Below are positions 51,041 to 59,406 of a stretch of DNA of 64,000 nucleotides, piece by piece (positions within the stretch are counted from its first letter, which is position 1; each line of letters starts with the position of its first letter). Origin of the DNA: an uncultured Caulobacter sp. (GTDB taxonomy: Bacteria; Pseudomonadota; Alphaproteobacteria; Caulobacterales; Caulobacteraceae). A model generated the notes under the pieces. It saw only the letters and a list, made by a program, of their open reading frames with translations, did not search any database and was not told the origin of the DNA. Made by a program: the position numbers and the translations under genes. Location: positions 98,821 through 162,820 of the forward strand of contig CAYTZY010000001.1 in the NCBI GenBank assembly GCA_964442795.1. Direction: 5' to 3'.

Positions 51041-51084
51041 GGGGACAGTTTAAGATGTCCCTTGGGACACCTTAACCTGTCCCC
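51041..51084. repeat. Family C palindrome overlapping the deaminase stop codon
   Basis: GGGGACAGTTTAAGATGTCCC-TT-GGGACACCTTAACCTGTCCCC. Confidence 0.93.
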
Positions 51085-52097
51085 GAAGCCGCCACATAGG
51101 CGTCCACCGCCGCGATGTGCCGCGCCTTGTCCGCGTCGCTCAGGAACGACCCACTGAAGCTGTTCTTCGCCAGCGTCACCAGGTCCGTCCGCGTCAGGCC
51201 CACCGCCTCCGCCGTGCGGAGATAGTTCTCGGCCAGATAGCCGCCGAAGTAGGCCGGGTCGTCGCTGTTGCAGGTGGCCTTGAGGCCCAGGTCCAGCATC
51301 CGCTTCATCGGATGGTCCTTCAGGTCCTTGACCACGCACAGGCTGAGGTTCGACAGCGGGCAGACCGTCAGGGTGATGCCCATGTCGACCAGCCGCCGGG
51401 TCAGCGCCGCGTCCTCCAGCGCCCGGTTTCCGTGGTCGATGCGGTCGACGTCGAGGATGTCGAGCGCCTCGTACACATACTCCGGCGGACCTTCCTCACC
51501 GGCATGGGCGTTGATCAGCAGGCCGCGCTCCCGGCTGGCCTTCATGACGCGCGCGAACTTCTGCGGCGGATGGCCGACCTCGCCACTGTCGAGGCCAACG
51601 CCGACGAAGCGGTCGAGGTAGGGCTCCGCCTGCTTGAGCGTCTCGAACGCCGCCTCTTCGCTGAGGTGGCGCAGGAAGCTCATGATCAGCTTGCTGCTGA
51701 TTCCCAACTCGTCCTGCGCCTGCTGCATCCCGGCCAGGATGCCGTCGGCGGCGACGCTGAAGGGGATGCCCCGGTCGGTGTGCGTCTGCGGGTCGTAGAA
51801 GATCTCCGCATGGACCCCGCCGTCGGCGTGCAGCCGGCGGAAGTAGGCCATGGTCAGGTCCTGGAAGTCCTCCTCCGTCTGCAGCACGCCTGCGCCCTGG
51901 TAGTAGATGTCCAGGAAGTCCTGCAGGTTCGAGAAGGCGTAGGCCGCGCGGATCGCCTCGACGCTGTCGAAGGGCAGGGCGATGCGGTTGCGCCTGGCCA
52001 GCGCGAACATGAGTTCGGGCTCGAGGCTGCCCTCGATGTGCAGGTGCAGTTCGGCCTTGGGCAGGCCGCGGATGAAGGTCGCCAGATCGGTGCTCAT
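51072..52097 (-). CDS. Adenine/adenosine deaminase (ADA family)
   Basis: LPKAELHLHIEG, DPQTHTDRG, HAGEE, RIDHG, CPLSN, NSDDPAYF. Confidence 0.93.
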   Translation of the reverse strand: MSTDLATFIRGLPKAELHLHIEGSLEPELMFALARRNRIALPFDSVEAIRAAYAFSNLQDFLDIYYQGAGVLQTEEDFQDLTMAYFRRLHADGGVHAEIFYDPQTHTDRGIPFSVAADGILAGMQQAQDELGISSKLIMSFLRHLSEEAAFETLKQAEPYLDRFVGVGLDSGEVGHPPQKFARVMKASRERGLLINAHAGEEGPPEYVYEALDILDVDRIDHGNRALEDAALTRRLVDMGITLTVCPLSNLSLCVVKDLKDHPMKRMLDLGLKATCNSDDPAYFGGYLAENYLRTAEAVGLTRTDLVTLAKNSFSGSFLSDADKARHIAAVDAYVAASGTG

Positions 52098-52343
52098 GAG
52101 CCCCATCTCACGGCCCTATCGCCGTTCGGTCAAGCGCCCGCGAAGGCGCGGTCACAGCGCGGGCCGACAGTTCAGGTATAGACAAGACAAGGTTCGGCTA
52201 CTGCACGGTAACGTCGGAAACCCGACGCTGTACGAATATTTGAACTCCCGCGACAGTATTAGCCGTGTCCCCGGCCGCCTTGACGTGCGACAAGGACGTA
52301 TTGCCGATGCGTGATTGCGGACTGCGGCGACCGGGAGGCTGTC

Positions 52344-52571
52344 ATGGCTCCTGCGCAACCCGAGAACCGGAACCAGGCCTTGCGGACATTCTCCTTCTAC
52401 ATCCACGACAATCGGTACTCGGTGCCGACGCTGCAGATCGTCACCGTGCGGGACGAGGATCGCGCCCGCGAGCTGGCGCAGCAGCGGCTGGACGAGGGCG
52501 AGCACCACCTTGCCGTCGAGGTCGTCGAAGGCCAGACCGAGCTCTTCCGGCTGGAGCGCCAGCACGCCTGA
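52344..52571 (+). CDS. Small hypothetical protein
   Basis: RBS GGAGG; FSFYIHDNRYSVPTL...RARELAQQRL; normal codon usage. Confidence 0.7.
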   Translation: MAPAQPENRNQALRTFSFYIHDNRYSVPTLQIVTVRDEDRARELAQQRLDEGEHHLAVEVVEGQTELFRLERQHA

Positions 52572-52616
52572 CGCCCCACTTGCCAGCTGAAAAACCCGAG
52601 CGCACTATCCTCGCTC

Positions 52617-52660
52617 AAAGGCTCCTTGCCGGCGAACCCGGCACAGGGGCCTTTTCATTT
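52617..52660 (+). promoter_or_regulatory. Terminator/attenuator-like hairpin in front of the URC operon
   Basis: Outer stem AAAGGCTCC/GGGGCCTTT, inner stem TGCCGG-CGAAC-CCGGCA, T-rich tail; directly after a TTGCCA-N17-CACTAT promoter-like sequence. Confidence 0.5.
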
Positions 52661-52690
52661 GGAGGCGCCCCCAAGAGCGCGCAGGGAAGA

Positions 52691-53947
52691 ATGTCCGTCA
52701 ACAAGCAAGGCCATATCCGCCTGACCTCGCACCCGCAGGCAGGCTCCGCCAGCCGTTTCCCCATCGCCTGGGGCGCCCCGACCGCCGCCGAGCGCGGCCC
52801 CGTCATCGCCAGCCCGACCGCCGGCGCCGACCGCAACGCCATCGGCGCCCACGGCGGCGCCTACTCCGTCTACCGCTCGCTGGCCATCGCCTCGGGTGCG
52901 CTCAATCCGCTGGTTCGCCCCGACCTGACCGACACCGCGCCGGTCGTCGACATCGGACCGTTCGGTCAGTGGGCGGACGAGAAGAAGATCGTCTCCCTCG
53001 ACCCCTGGGGCCACCGGGTGCAGATCGACTTCGCCAGGGAGATCGCCGAGGGCGTCGACATCCGGCCCAGCATCGCGGTGACCAAGGCGCGCCTGACCCT
53101 GCCCGAGATCGGCCAGGCCATCGACGCCGGCCGGCTGAAGGTCGACGGGGCCGTGGTTCACGAAAGCCGCGACGTGGCGGTGACCAAGGCCGCCCTCGAC
53201 CCGGTCTGGTATCTGCCGGGTATCGCCGAGCGGTTCGAGGTCGACGAGACCACCCTGCGCCGCACCCTGTTCGAGCAGACCGGCGGCATGTACCCCGAGC
53301 TGGTCACCCGGCCGGACATCAAGGTCTTCCTGCCCCCGATCGGCGGCATCACCCTCTATATCTTCGGCGATCCGGCCGCGATCGCAGACCCGGCGCGGCG
53401 GCTGACCTGCCGGGTGCACGACGAGTGCAACGGCTCCGACGTCTTCGGCTCCGACATCTGCACCTGCCGGCCCTACCTGACCCACGGTATCGAGGAGGCC
53501 ATCCTCGAGGCCCAGAACGGCGGCGCCGGCCTCATCGTCTACAACCGCAAGGAAGGCCGGGCGCTCGGCGAGGTGACCAAGTTCCTCGTCTACAATGCCC
53601 GCAAGCGCCAGCCCGGCGGCGACCAGGCGGCGACCTACTTCGAGCGCACCGAATGCGTCGCCGGCGTCCAGGACGCGCGGTTCCAGCAGCTGATGCCCGA
53701 CGTCCTGCACTGGCTGGGGATCAAGCGCATCGACCGCTTCGTCTCGATGTCCAACATGAAGCACGACGCCCTGGTCGAGGGCGGCATCGAGATCGGCGAG
53801 CGGGTGCCCATCCCCGCCTGGCTGGTCCCCGACGACGCCAGCGTGGAGATGGAGGCCAAGAAGGCCGCCGGCTACTTCACGCCCGACGGCGCTCCGACGC
53901 AGGAAGACCTGAAGAAGGTGGTGGGGCGCGACCTTGGCGAGTTCTGA
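52691..53947 (+). CDS. GTP cyclohydrolase II-like protein, URC1/Urg1 type
   Basis: Long N-terminal domain (RNAIGAHGGAYSVYR, SLDPWGH) plus RVHDECNGSDVFGSDICTC and EGRALGEVTK. Confidence 0.9.
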   Translation: MSVNKQGHIRLTSHPQAGSASRFPIAWGAPTAAERGPVIASPTAGADRNAIGAHGGAYSVYRSLAIASGALNPLVRPDLTDTAPVVDIGPFGQWADEKKIVSLDPWGHRVQIDFAREIAEGVDIRPSIAVTKARLTLPEIGQAIDAGRLKVDGAVVHESRDVAVTKAALDPVWYLPGIAERFEVDETTLRRTLFEQTGGMYPELVTRPDIKVFLPPIGGITLYIFGDPAAIADPARRLTCRVHDECNGSDVFGSDICTCRPYLTHGIEEAILEAQNGGAGLIVYNRKEGRALGEVTKFLVYNARKRQPGGDQAATYFERTECVAGVQDARFQQLMPDVLHWLGIKRIDRFVSMSNMKHDALVEGGIEIGERVPIPAWLVPDDASVEMEAKKAAGYFTPDGAPTQEDLKKVVGRDLGEF

Positions 53948-53957
53948 TTGCTCGGCC

Positions 53958-54045
53958 GGGGACTGGTTCCGGCGCAGCCGGTACCTGTCCCTCAACAGCC
54001 TTCGAACGGTGTCGAGGGACAGCTACGCTTCGCGAAGCAGTCCCC
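53958..54045. repeat. Diverged family E pair inside the URC operon
   Basis: GGGGACTGGTTCCGG..CCGGTACCTGTCCC, a TTCGAA-containing spacer, then GGGACAGCTACGCTTCGCGAAGCAGTCCCC. Confidence 0.75.
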
Positions 54046-54058
54046 GGATGAAGGCTCG

Positions 54059-55240
54059 ATGACCCCCGCCCACGCCCTCCTCTCCGCCTCCGCCGTCCGG
54101 GAGCGCGCCCACGAGATGCTGGCCATCGCGCTGGCGGACGGCCTCGCCGACTGGCGGGTGAACCTCGACCGGCTGCCGCACACGGCCGACGTCGTGGCGC
54201 GTGTGATCCGCGACCAGTATCCGTCGCTCAACGTGCCCTTCCACGCCCGATGGCGGCACTTCCATGTCCGCGGCCGCCACCTGTGGCAGGAGCTGGGCGA
54301 GGCGGCCTTCTGGCCGGACCGCGCCGCGCGGGCCCGGGCCGCCTTCGACCTCTGCATCACCTCGGTGCTGCTCGATGCCGGATCGGGGCCGGGCTGGCGC
54401 TATCTGGATGGCCCGACCGGCTCGACCACGGCCCGCTCGGAGGGGCTGGGCGTCGCCTCGCTGCGGCTGTTCCAGTCGGGCGCCCTGTCGTCCCGGGCCG
54501 ATGACCCTTTCCGCGCCGACGCCCTGGCGACCTTCGAGGCCGCGACCCTGGCCAAGGCTTTCCAGGTCACCGACGACAACCCGCTGGTCGGGCTCGACGG
54601 CCGCGCCGCCCTGCTGCGCCGGCTGGGCCAGACGGTCGGCCGACCGGGCGACCTCTATGACGTCATGGCCTCGCGCGCGGTGGACGGCCGCCTGCCGGCG
54701 CCGGTGATCCTGGAGGTTCTGCTCGAGCGCCTGGGTTCGATCTGGCAGGACCGGCTGACGCTGGACGGCGTGCCCCTCGGCGACGTCTGGCGCCACCCGG
54801 CCATCCGGCGCGACGACGCCACCGACGGCCTGGTCCCCATCCACAAGCTCTCGCAATGGCTGGCCTACAGCCTGATCGAACCGCTGATCGAGGCGGGCAT
54901 CGAGGTGGTCGACATCGACGGCCTGACGGGCCTGGCCGAATACCGCAACGGCGGCCTGTTCATCGATGACGGCGTGCTGGTCCTCAAGGACCCCGCCGAC
55001 CTGGACCGCACCCACGCGGTCGGCGACCCGCTGGTCGTCGGCTGGCGCGCGCTGACCGTGGCCCTGCTCGACGCCATCGCGCCGCTGGTGCGGGAGCGGC
55101 TGGGCGTCACGGCCGAGGCCTTCCCGCTGGCCCGGGTGCTGGAGGGCGGCACCTGGGCGGCCGGCCGGCGGCTGGCGGCCGAGCGGCGCGAGGGCGGCGG
55201 CCCGCCCCTGAAGATCACCAGCGACGGGACGGTATTCTGA
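54059..55240 (+). CDS. URC4/Urg3 family protein (DUF1688)
   Basis: [56 protein letters not shown]. Confidence 0.9.
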   Translation: MTPAHALLSASAVRERAHEMLAIALADGLADWRVNLDRLPHTADVVARVIRDQYPSLNVPFHARWRHFHVRGRHLWQELGEAAFWPDRAARARAAFDLCITSVLLDAGSGPGWRYLDGPTGSTTARSEGLGVASLRLFQSGALSSRADDPFRADALATFEAATLAKAFQVTDDNPLVGLDGRAALLRRLGQTVGRPGDLYDVMASRAVDGRLPAPVILEVLLERLGSIWQDRLTLDGVPLGDVWRHPAIRRDDATDGLVPIHKLSQWLAYSLIEPLIEAGIEVVDIDGLTGLAEYRNGGLFIDDGVLVLKDPADLDRTHAVGDPLVVGWRALTVALLDAIAPLVRERLGVTAEAFPLARVLEGGTWAAGRRLAAERREGGGPPLKITSDGTVF

Positions 55241-55878
55241 TGCGCAGTTTCACCGGCGTCACGGTCGTCGACCACCCGCTCGTCCAGCACAAGCTGACCC
55301 GGCTGCGCGACCGCGAGACTTCGACCAAGACCTTCCGCGAGCTGATGCGGGAGATCTCGACCCTGCTCTGCTACGAGGTCACCCGCGACCTGGCCCTGAC
55401 CGACCGCGCGGTCGAGACGCCGCTGGAGGCCACCACCGCCCCGGAGATCGCCGGCAAGAAACTGGTCTTCGCCCCGATCCTGCGGGCGGGGGAGGGCATG
55501 CTGGAGGGCATGCTCACGCTCGCGCCCTCGGCCCGCGTGGCCCACATCGGCCTCTACCGCGACCCCGGCACCAAGGCGGCGGTCGAGTACTACCTCAAGG
55601 TCCCCGAGACCCTGGCCGAGCGGCAGGTCATCGTCATGAACCCGCTGCTGGCCACCGGCGTCACCGCCCGCGCCGCCATCGACCGCCTGAAGGAGGAGGG
55701 CGCGCGCGACATGCGCTTCGTCTGCGTCCTGACCTGTCCGCAGGGCATCGAGGCCCTGCGCGGCGAACACCCGGACGTGGCCATCTGGACGGCCGGCATC
55801 GACCGCGGGCTGGACGAGCGGGGGTACATCCTCCCCGGGCTGGGGGATGCCGGGGACAGGCTGTACGGGACAAGATAA
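55240..55878 (+). CDS. upp: Uracil phosphoribosyltransferase with an atypical PRPP loop
   Basis: [32 protein letters not shown]; loop reads MNPLLATG. Confidence 0.88.
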   Translation: MRSFTGVTVVDHPLVQHKLTRLRDRETSTKTFRELMREISTLLCYEVTRDLALTDRAVETPLEATTAPEIAGKKLVFAPILRAGEGMLEGMLTLAPSARVAHIGLYRDPGTKAAVEYYLKVPETLAERQVIVMNPLLATGVTARAAIDRLKEEGARDMRFVCVLTCPQGIEALRGEHPDVAIWTAGIDRGLDERGYILPGLGDAGDRLYGTR

Positions 55879-55933
55879 TTCTCTTCCTCTTGGGAGGATT
55901 GAGGTGGGGCGGCCTCGTCGTTATCCCTTTCCC

Positions 55934-56728
55934 ATGACCACGCCTTACGAAACTCTCCTCACCGCCACGCCCGCCGAAGGCGTCCTGCTCGTCACGCTCA
56001 ATCGCCCCGACGCCGGCAATTCGCTGTCGACGCGGATGGCGGAGGAGCTGCTGGCCCTGCTGACGGACCTGGCCGCCGATCCCGGCGTCCTGCGGGCGGT
56101 GGTCCTTACCGGCGCCGGCAACAAGATCTTCTGCGCCGGGGCGGACCTGAAGGAACGCGACGGCATGACGGACGACCAGTGGGTCGCCCAGCACCGCCTG
56201 TTCGAGGCCATGCGCGACGCGCTGGTCGCCCTGCCGGTCCCGGTGATCTGCGCGGTCAACGGCGCGGCCTATGGCGGCGGCTGCGAGATCGCGCTGAACT
56301 GTGACTTCATCTACGCCGCCGACGGCGCGCGGCTGGCGCTGCCGGAGGTCAAGCTGGGCATCATGCCGGGGCTGGGCGGGGCGCCGAACCTGGTCCGCGC
56401 CGCCGGCGAGCGCCGGGCCCGCGAGGTGCTGATGACCGGCGATCCCTTCACCGCCGCCGAGGGCCTGGCCTGGGGCGTGGTCAACCGCGTCTGCGCCGCC
56501 GACGAGCTGGTCGCCGCCGCCGTCGAGACCGCCCGCAAGATCGCCGCCAACGCCCCGCTGTCGGTGCGCAACATCCGCCGCGTGGTCCGCGACACCGCGG
56601 TGCTGACCGGCGCCGAAGCCATCGCCGTCGAACTGGCCGCCTACGACGAACTCACCCCCACCGACGACCGCCGCGAAGGCGTCGCCGCCTGGGGCGAGAA
56701 GCGCAAGGCGGAGTGGAAGGGGCGGTAG
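55934..56728 (+). CDS. Enoyl-CoA hydratase family protein
   Basis: FCAGADLKER, AVNGAAYGGGCE, PEVKLGIMPG. Confidence 0.92.
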   Translation: MTTPYETLLTATPAEGVLLVTLNRPDAGNSLSTRMAEELLALLTDLAADPGVLRAVVLTGAGNKIFCAGADLKERDGMTDDQWVAQHRLFEAMRDALVALPVPVICAVNGAAYGGGCEIALNCDFIYAADGARLALPEVKLGIMPGLGGAPNLVRAAGERRAREVLMTGDPFTAAEGLAWGVVNRVCAADELVAAAVETARKIAANAPLSVRNIRRVVRDTAVLTGAEAIAVELAAYDELTPTDDRREGVAAWGEKRKAEWKGR

Positions 56729-56764
56729 CAGTCCGTCCTGACTTCCGAGGCGCGCCACTTCTAT

Positions 56765-56971
56765 CCTCTCCCTGTTGGGATAGGGGGACCCTGCGGAGCA
56801 GGGTGGAGAGGGACACGCCGCTGGTTGGTGACTAGCCTCGGCGTTCGGCCTTCATCCCTGTCCGCGCAAGGATCTCAGACGCAGGCGCTTCCCGCTCCAC
56901 CAGCCTCCGGCTGGTCCCCCTCTCCCAAACGGGAGAGGAAGAAATAGGGGGATAGATTGAAGTTATCCCCC
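56765..56971. repeat. Family A inverted pair (56765-56938) plus a degenerate single C-type hairpin (56947-56971)
   Basis: Homology to 22925-23074; GGGGGATAGATTGAAGTTATCCCCC. Confidence 0.82.
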
Positions 56972-57000
56972 ACCCCTCGGGCCGCCCCCATACTCACCGC

Positions 57001-57400
57001 GTTCCCGTTGCACGGGGAGGGCGCTCGGCCAGCACCCTTGCGGCGACGGGAATGAGGTTCGAACGGGGACAGGGTCGAGGGGGTTACTCGGCCGGTCCGG
57101 GGATGGAGCAGATGCGGCTCCACCCGCCCGTCGAGGAGGATCCCGGCTAAGCCCCAATACGGCTGCCTACCGGACTTCTCGGAAGACGGACTTCGCGGAG
57201 CGTCACGGTCTTCCCATTCTTGCAAAGCCTACCCAAACAGACACCCGGGCAAGACCGGGGCGCTTCGCAACACCTCCCCAACCTTCACCGGCGCCAGCCC
57301 TTGAGGCGGCACAGCCGTGAAGCCGTCGTGCGGGGTTCCCCCGGATCAGGTCCGGGGTCGCCCAAGAGCTCGCTCCTCACCCTGACGAGCTTTGTTGGGC
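57001..57400 (+). ncRNA. Candidate large structured non-coding RNA, family unassigned
   Basis: No credible ORF; seven or more consecutive helices with G-U pairs and multibranch junctions; CATACT -10-like element at 56989-56994 just before the first helix. Confidence 0.5.
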
Positions 57401-57414
57401 CGCCCACCATCCTT

Positions 57415-57491
57415 CGTCATCCTGAGGAGCGCCCGCAGGGCGCGTCGCGAAGGACGCACGGGCTCACGGCGGGGACATGTACTGCATCTCC
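57415..57491. repeat. Single family B unit (57415-57458) and a partial family E remnant
   Basis: CGTCATCCTGAGGAGCGCCCGCAGGGCGCGTCGCGAAGGACGCA; GGGGACATGTAC... Confidence 0.75.
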
Positions 57492-57518
57492 GCCGCCGAC
57501 TCCCCTATATTCCCGAAC

Positions 57519-59381
57519 GTGACCGACGCCCCCGAAGCCCCCGCCCTGACCGGCGCCGCCCTGATCGCCGACCATGCCCGCCGGCTGCCGGACGCGCCGG
57601 GCGTGTACCGGATGATCGGCGAGGGCGGGGAGGTGCTCTATGTCGGCAAGGCCCGCAGCCTGAAGAAGCGGGTGATCCAGTACGCCCAGGGCCGCTTCCA
57701 CACCAACCGCATCGCCCACATGGTCGACCTGACCCGGGCGATGGAGTTCGTCTCGGTGCGGACCGAGACCGACGCCCTGCTGCTCGAGATCAACCTGATC
57801 AAGCAGATGAAGCCGCGCTTCAACGTGCTGCTGCGCGACGACAAGAGCTTCCCCGAGATCGTCATCCGCCGCGAGCATCCGGCCGCCCAGCTGCGCAAGC
57901 ATCGCGGGGCGCACACCATCAAGGGCGACTATTTCGGGCCGTTCGCCTCGGCCGGGGCGGTGAACCGCACGCTGAACACCCTGCAGAAGGCCTTCCTGCT
58001 GCGCTCCTGTTCCGACAGCGTCTACGAGAGCCGCACCCGGCCCTGCATGCTGCACCAGATCCGCCGCTGCGCCGCGCCCTGCACCGGCCTGATCGCGCTG
58101 GACGACTACGCCAGGCTGGTCGAGGAGGCCGAGGCCTTCCTGCGCGGCAAGAGCCGGGCGGTGATGGCCCGGATGTCGGCCGAGATGCAGGCCGCGTCGG
58201 ACGACCTGGAGTTCGAGCGCGCCGCCCGGCTGCGCGACCGCATCCGCGCCCTGTCGGCCGTCTCCGCCGAGACCCAGGTCAATCCCGAGACGGTCGACGA
58301 GGCCGATGTCTTCGCGCTGTTCGCCGAGGGCGGTCAGGCCTGCGTGCAGGTGTTCTTCTTCCGGGCCGGCCAGAACTGGGGCAACCGCGCCTACTTCCCG
58401 CGGGTCGACAAGAGCGACTCCGACGCCGAGGTGATGAGCGCCTTCCTGGGTCAGTTCTACGACGACCGGCCGCTGCCGCGCTCGATCCTGGTCAACGTCC
58501 AGCCGCACGAGCATGAACTGCTGGGCGAGGCCTTCAGCATGAAGGCCGGCCGCCGGGTCGAGATCGCCCGGCCGCAGCGCGGCGAGAAGAAGGGGCTTGT
58601 CGAACAGGCGACGCTGAACGCCCGCGAGGCGCTGGGCCGGCGCATGGCCGAGGGCTCGGCCCAGGGCAAGCTGCTGGCCGGCGTGGCCGAAGCCTTTGGG
58701 CTGGAGTCGCCGCCGGAGCGCATCGAGGTCTACGACAACAGCCACATCATGGGGACCAACGCCGTCGGCGGCATGGTCGTGGCCGGGCCCGAGGGCTTCC
58801 AGAAGAACCAGTACCGCAAGTTCAACATCAAGGGGACCGAGCTCACCCCCGGCGACGACTACGGCATGATGAAGGAGGTGCTGCGGCGCCGCTTCGCCCG
58901 CCTGGTCAAGGACGAAGAGGCCGGCGACGACAGCGCCCGGCCCGACCTGGTGCTGATCGACGGCGGCAAGGGCCAGCTGGACGCGGTGCTGGAGGTGATG
59001 GCCGACCTCGGCGTCGACGACATCGCCGTGGTCGGCGTGGCCAAGGGGCCGGACCGCGACGCCGGACTGGAGCGGTTCTTCATGCCCGGCAAGACGCCCT
59101 TCATGCTCGAGCCCAAGAGCCCGGTGCTCTACTATCTGCAGCGGCTGCGCGACGAGGCGCACCGCTTCGCCATCGGCACCCACCGGGCCAGGCGGTCGGC
59201 GGAAATGAAGCGCAATCCGCTCGACGAGATCGACGGCGTCGGGCCCGGCCGCAAGAAGGCGCTGTTGCACGCCTTTGGCTCGGCCCGCGAGGTCGGCAAG
59301 GCCTCGGTCGACGATCTGATGAAGGTCGACGGCGTCAGCGGCCCGCTGGCGCAGCGCATCCACGACTTTTTCCGCCGCTGA
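57519..59381 (+). CDS. uvrC: Excinuclease ABC subunit C
   Basis: PGVYRM...LYVGKA (GIY-YIG), [32 protein letters not shown]-terminal HhH. Confidence 0.97.
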   Translation: MTDAPEAPALTGAALIADHARRLPDAPGVYRMIGEGGEVLYVGKARSLKKRVIQYAQGRFHTNRIAHMVDLTRAMEFVSVRTETDALLLEINLIKQMKPRFNVLLRDDKSFPEIVIRREHPAAQLRKHRGAHTIKGDYFGPFASAGAVNRTLNTLQKAFLLRSCSDSVYESRTRPCMLHQIRRCAAPCTGLIALDDYARLVEEAEAFLRGKSRAVMARMSAEMQAASDDLEFERAARLRDRIRALSAVSAETQVNPETVDEADVFALFAEGGQACVQVFFFRAGQNWGNRAYFPRVDKSDSDAEVMSAFLGQFYDDRPLPRSILVNVQPHEHELLGEAFSMKAGRRVEIARPQRGEKKGLVEQATLNAREALGRRMAEGSAQGKLLAGVAEAFGLESPPERIEVYDNSHIMGTNAVGGMVVAGPEGFQKNQYRKFNIKGTELTPGDDYGMMKEVLRRRFARLVKDEEAGDDSARPDLVLIDGGKGQLDAVLEVMADLGVDDIAVVGVAKGPDRDAGLERFFMPGKTPFMLEPKSPVLYYLQRLRDEAHRFAIGTHRARRSAEMKRNPLDEIDGVGPGRKKALLHAFGSAREVGKASVDDLMKVDGVSGPLAQRIHDFFRR

Positions 59382-59406
59382 CGCGTTCAGACGTTATGGT
59401 GCGCTC

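Noticed and set aside
27577-51084. Family C/E repeats as a CRISPR array
   Set aside because: Copies are dispersed over kilobases with no regular spacers and no cas genes.
55852-55872. GGGGACAGG...GGGACA in upp resembling family C
   Set aside because: It encodes the conserved GDRLYGT motif and has no palindromic partner.
57056-57063. GGTTCGAA as a tRNA T-loop
   Set aside because: No T-stem closure, cloverleaf or CCA end.
57052-57150. 32-codon ORF MRFERGQ...EEDPG within the structured element
   Set aside because: Short, atypical codon usage, and its start is buried in helix P1; not supportable as a CDS.
57338-57357. CCGGATCAGGTCCGG as the SRP (4.5S) RNA core
   Set aside because: It lacks the following GAAGGAAGCAGC and is a simple hairpin.
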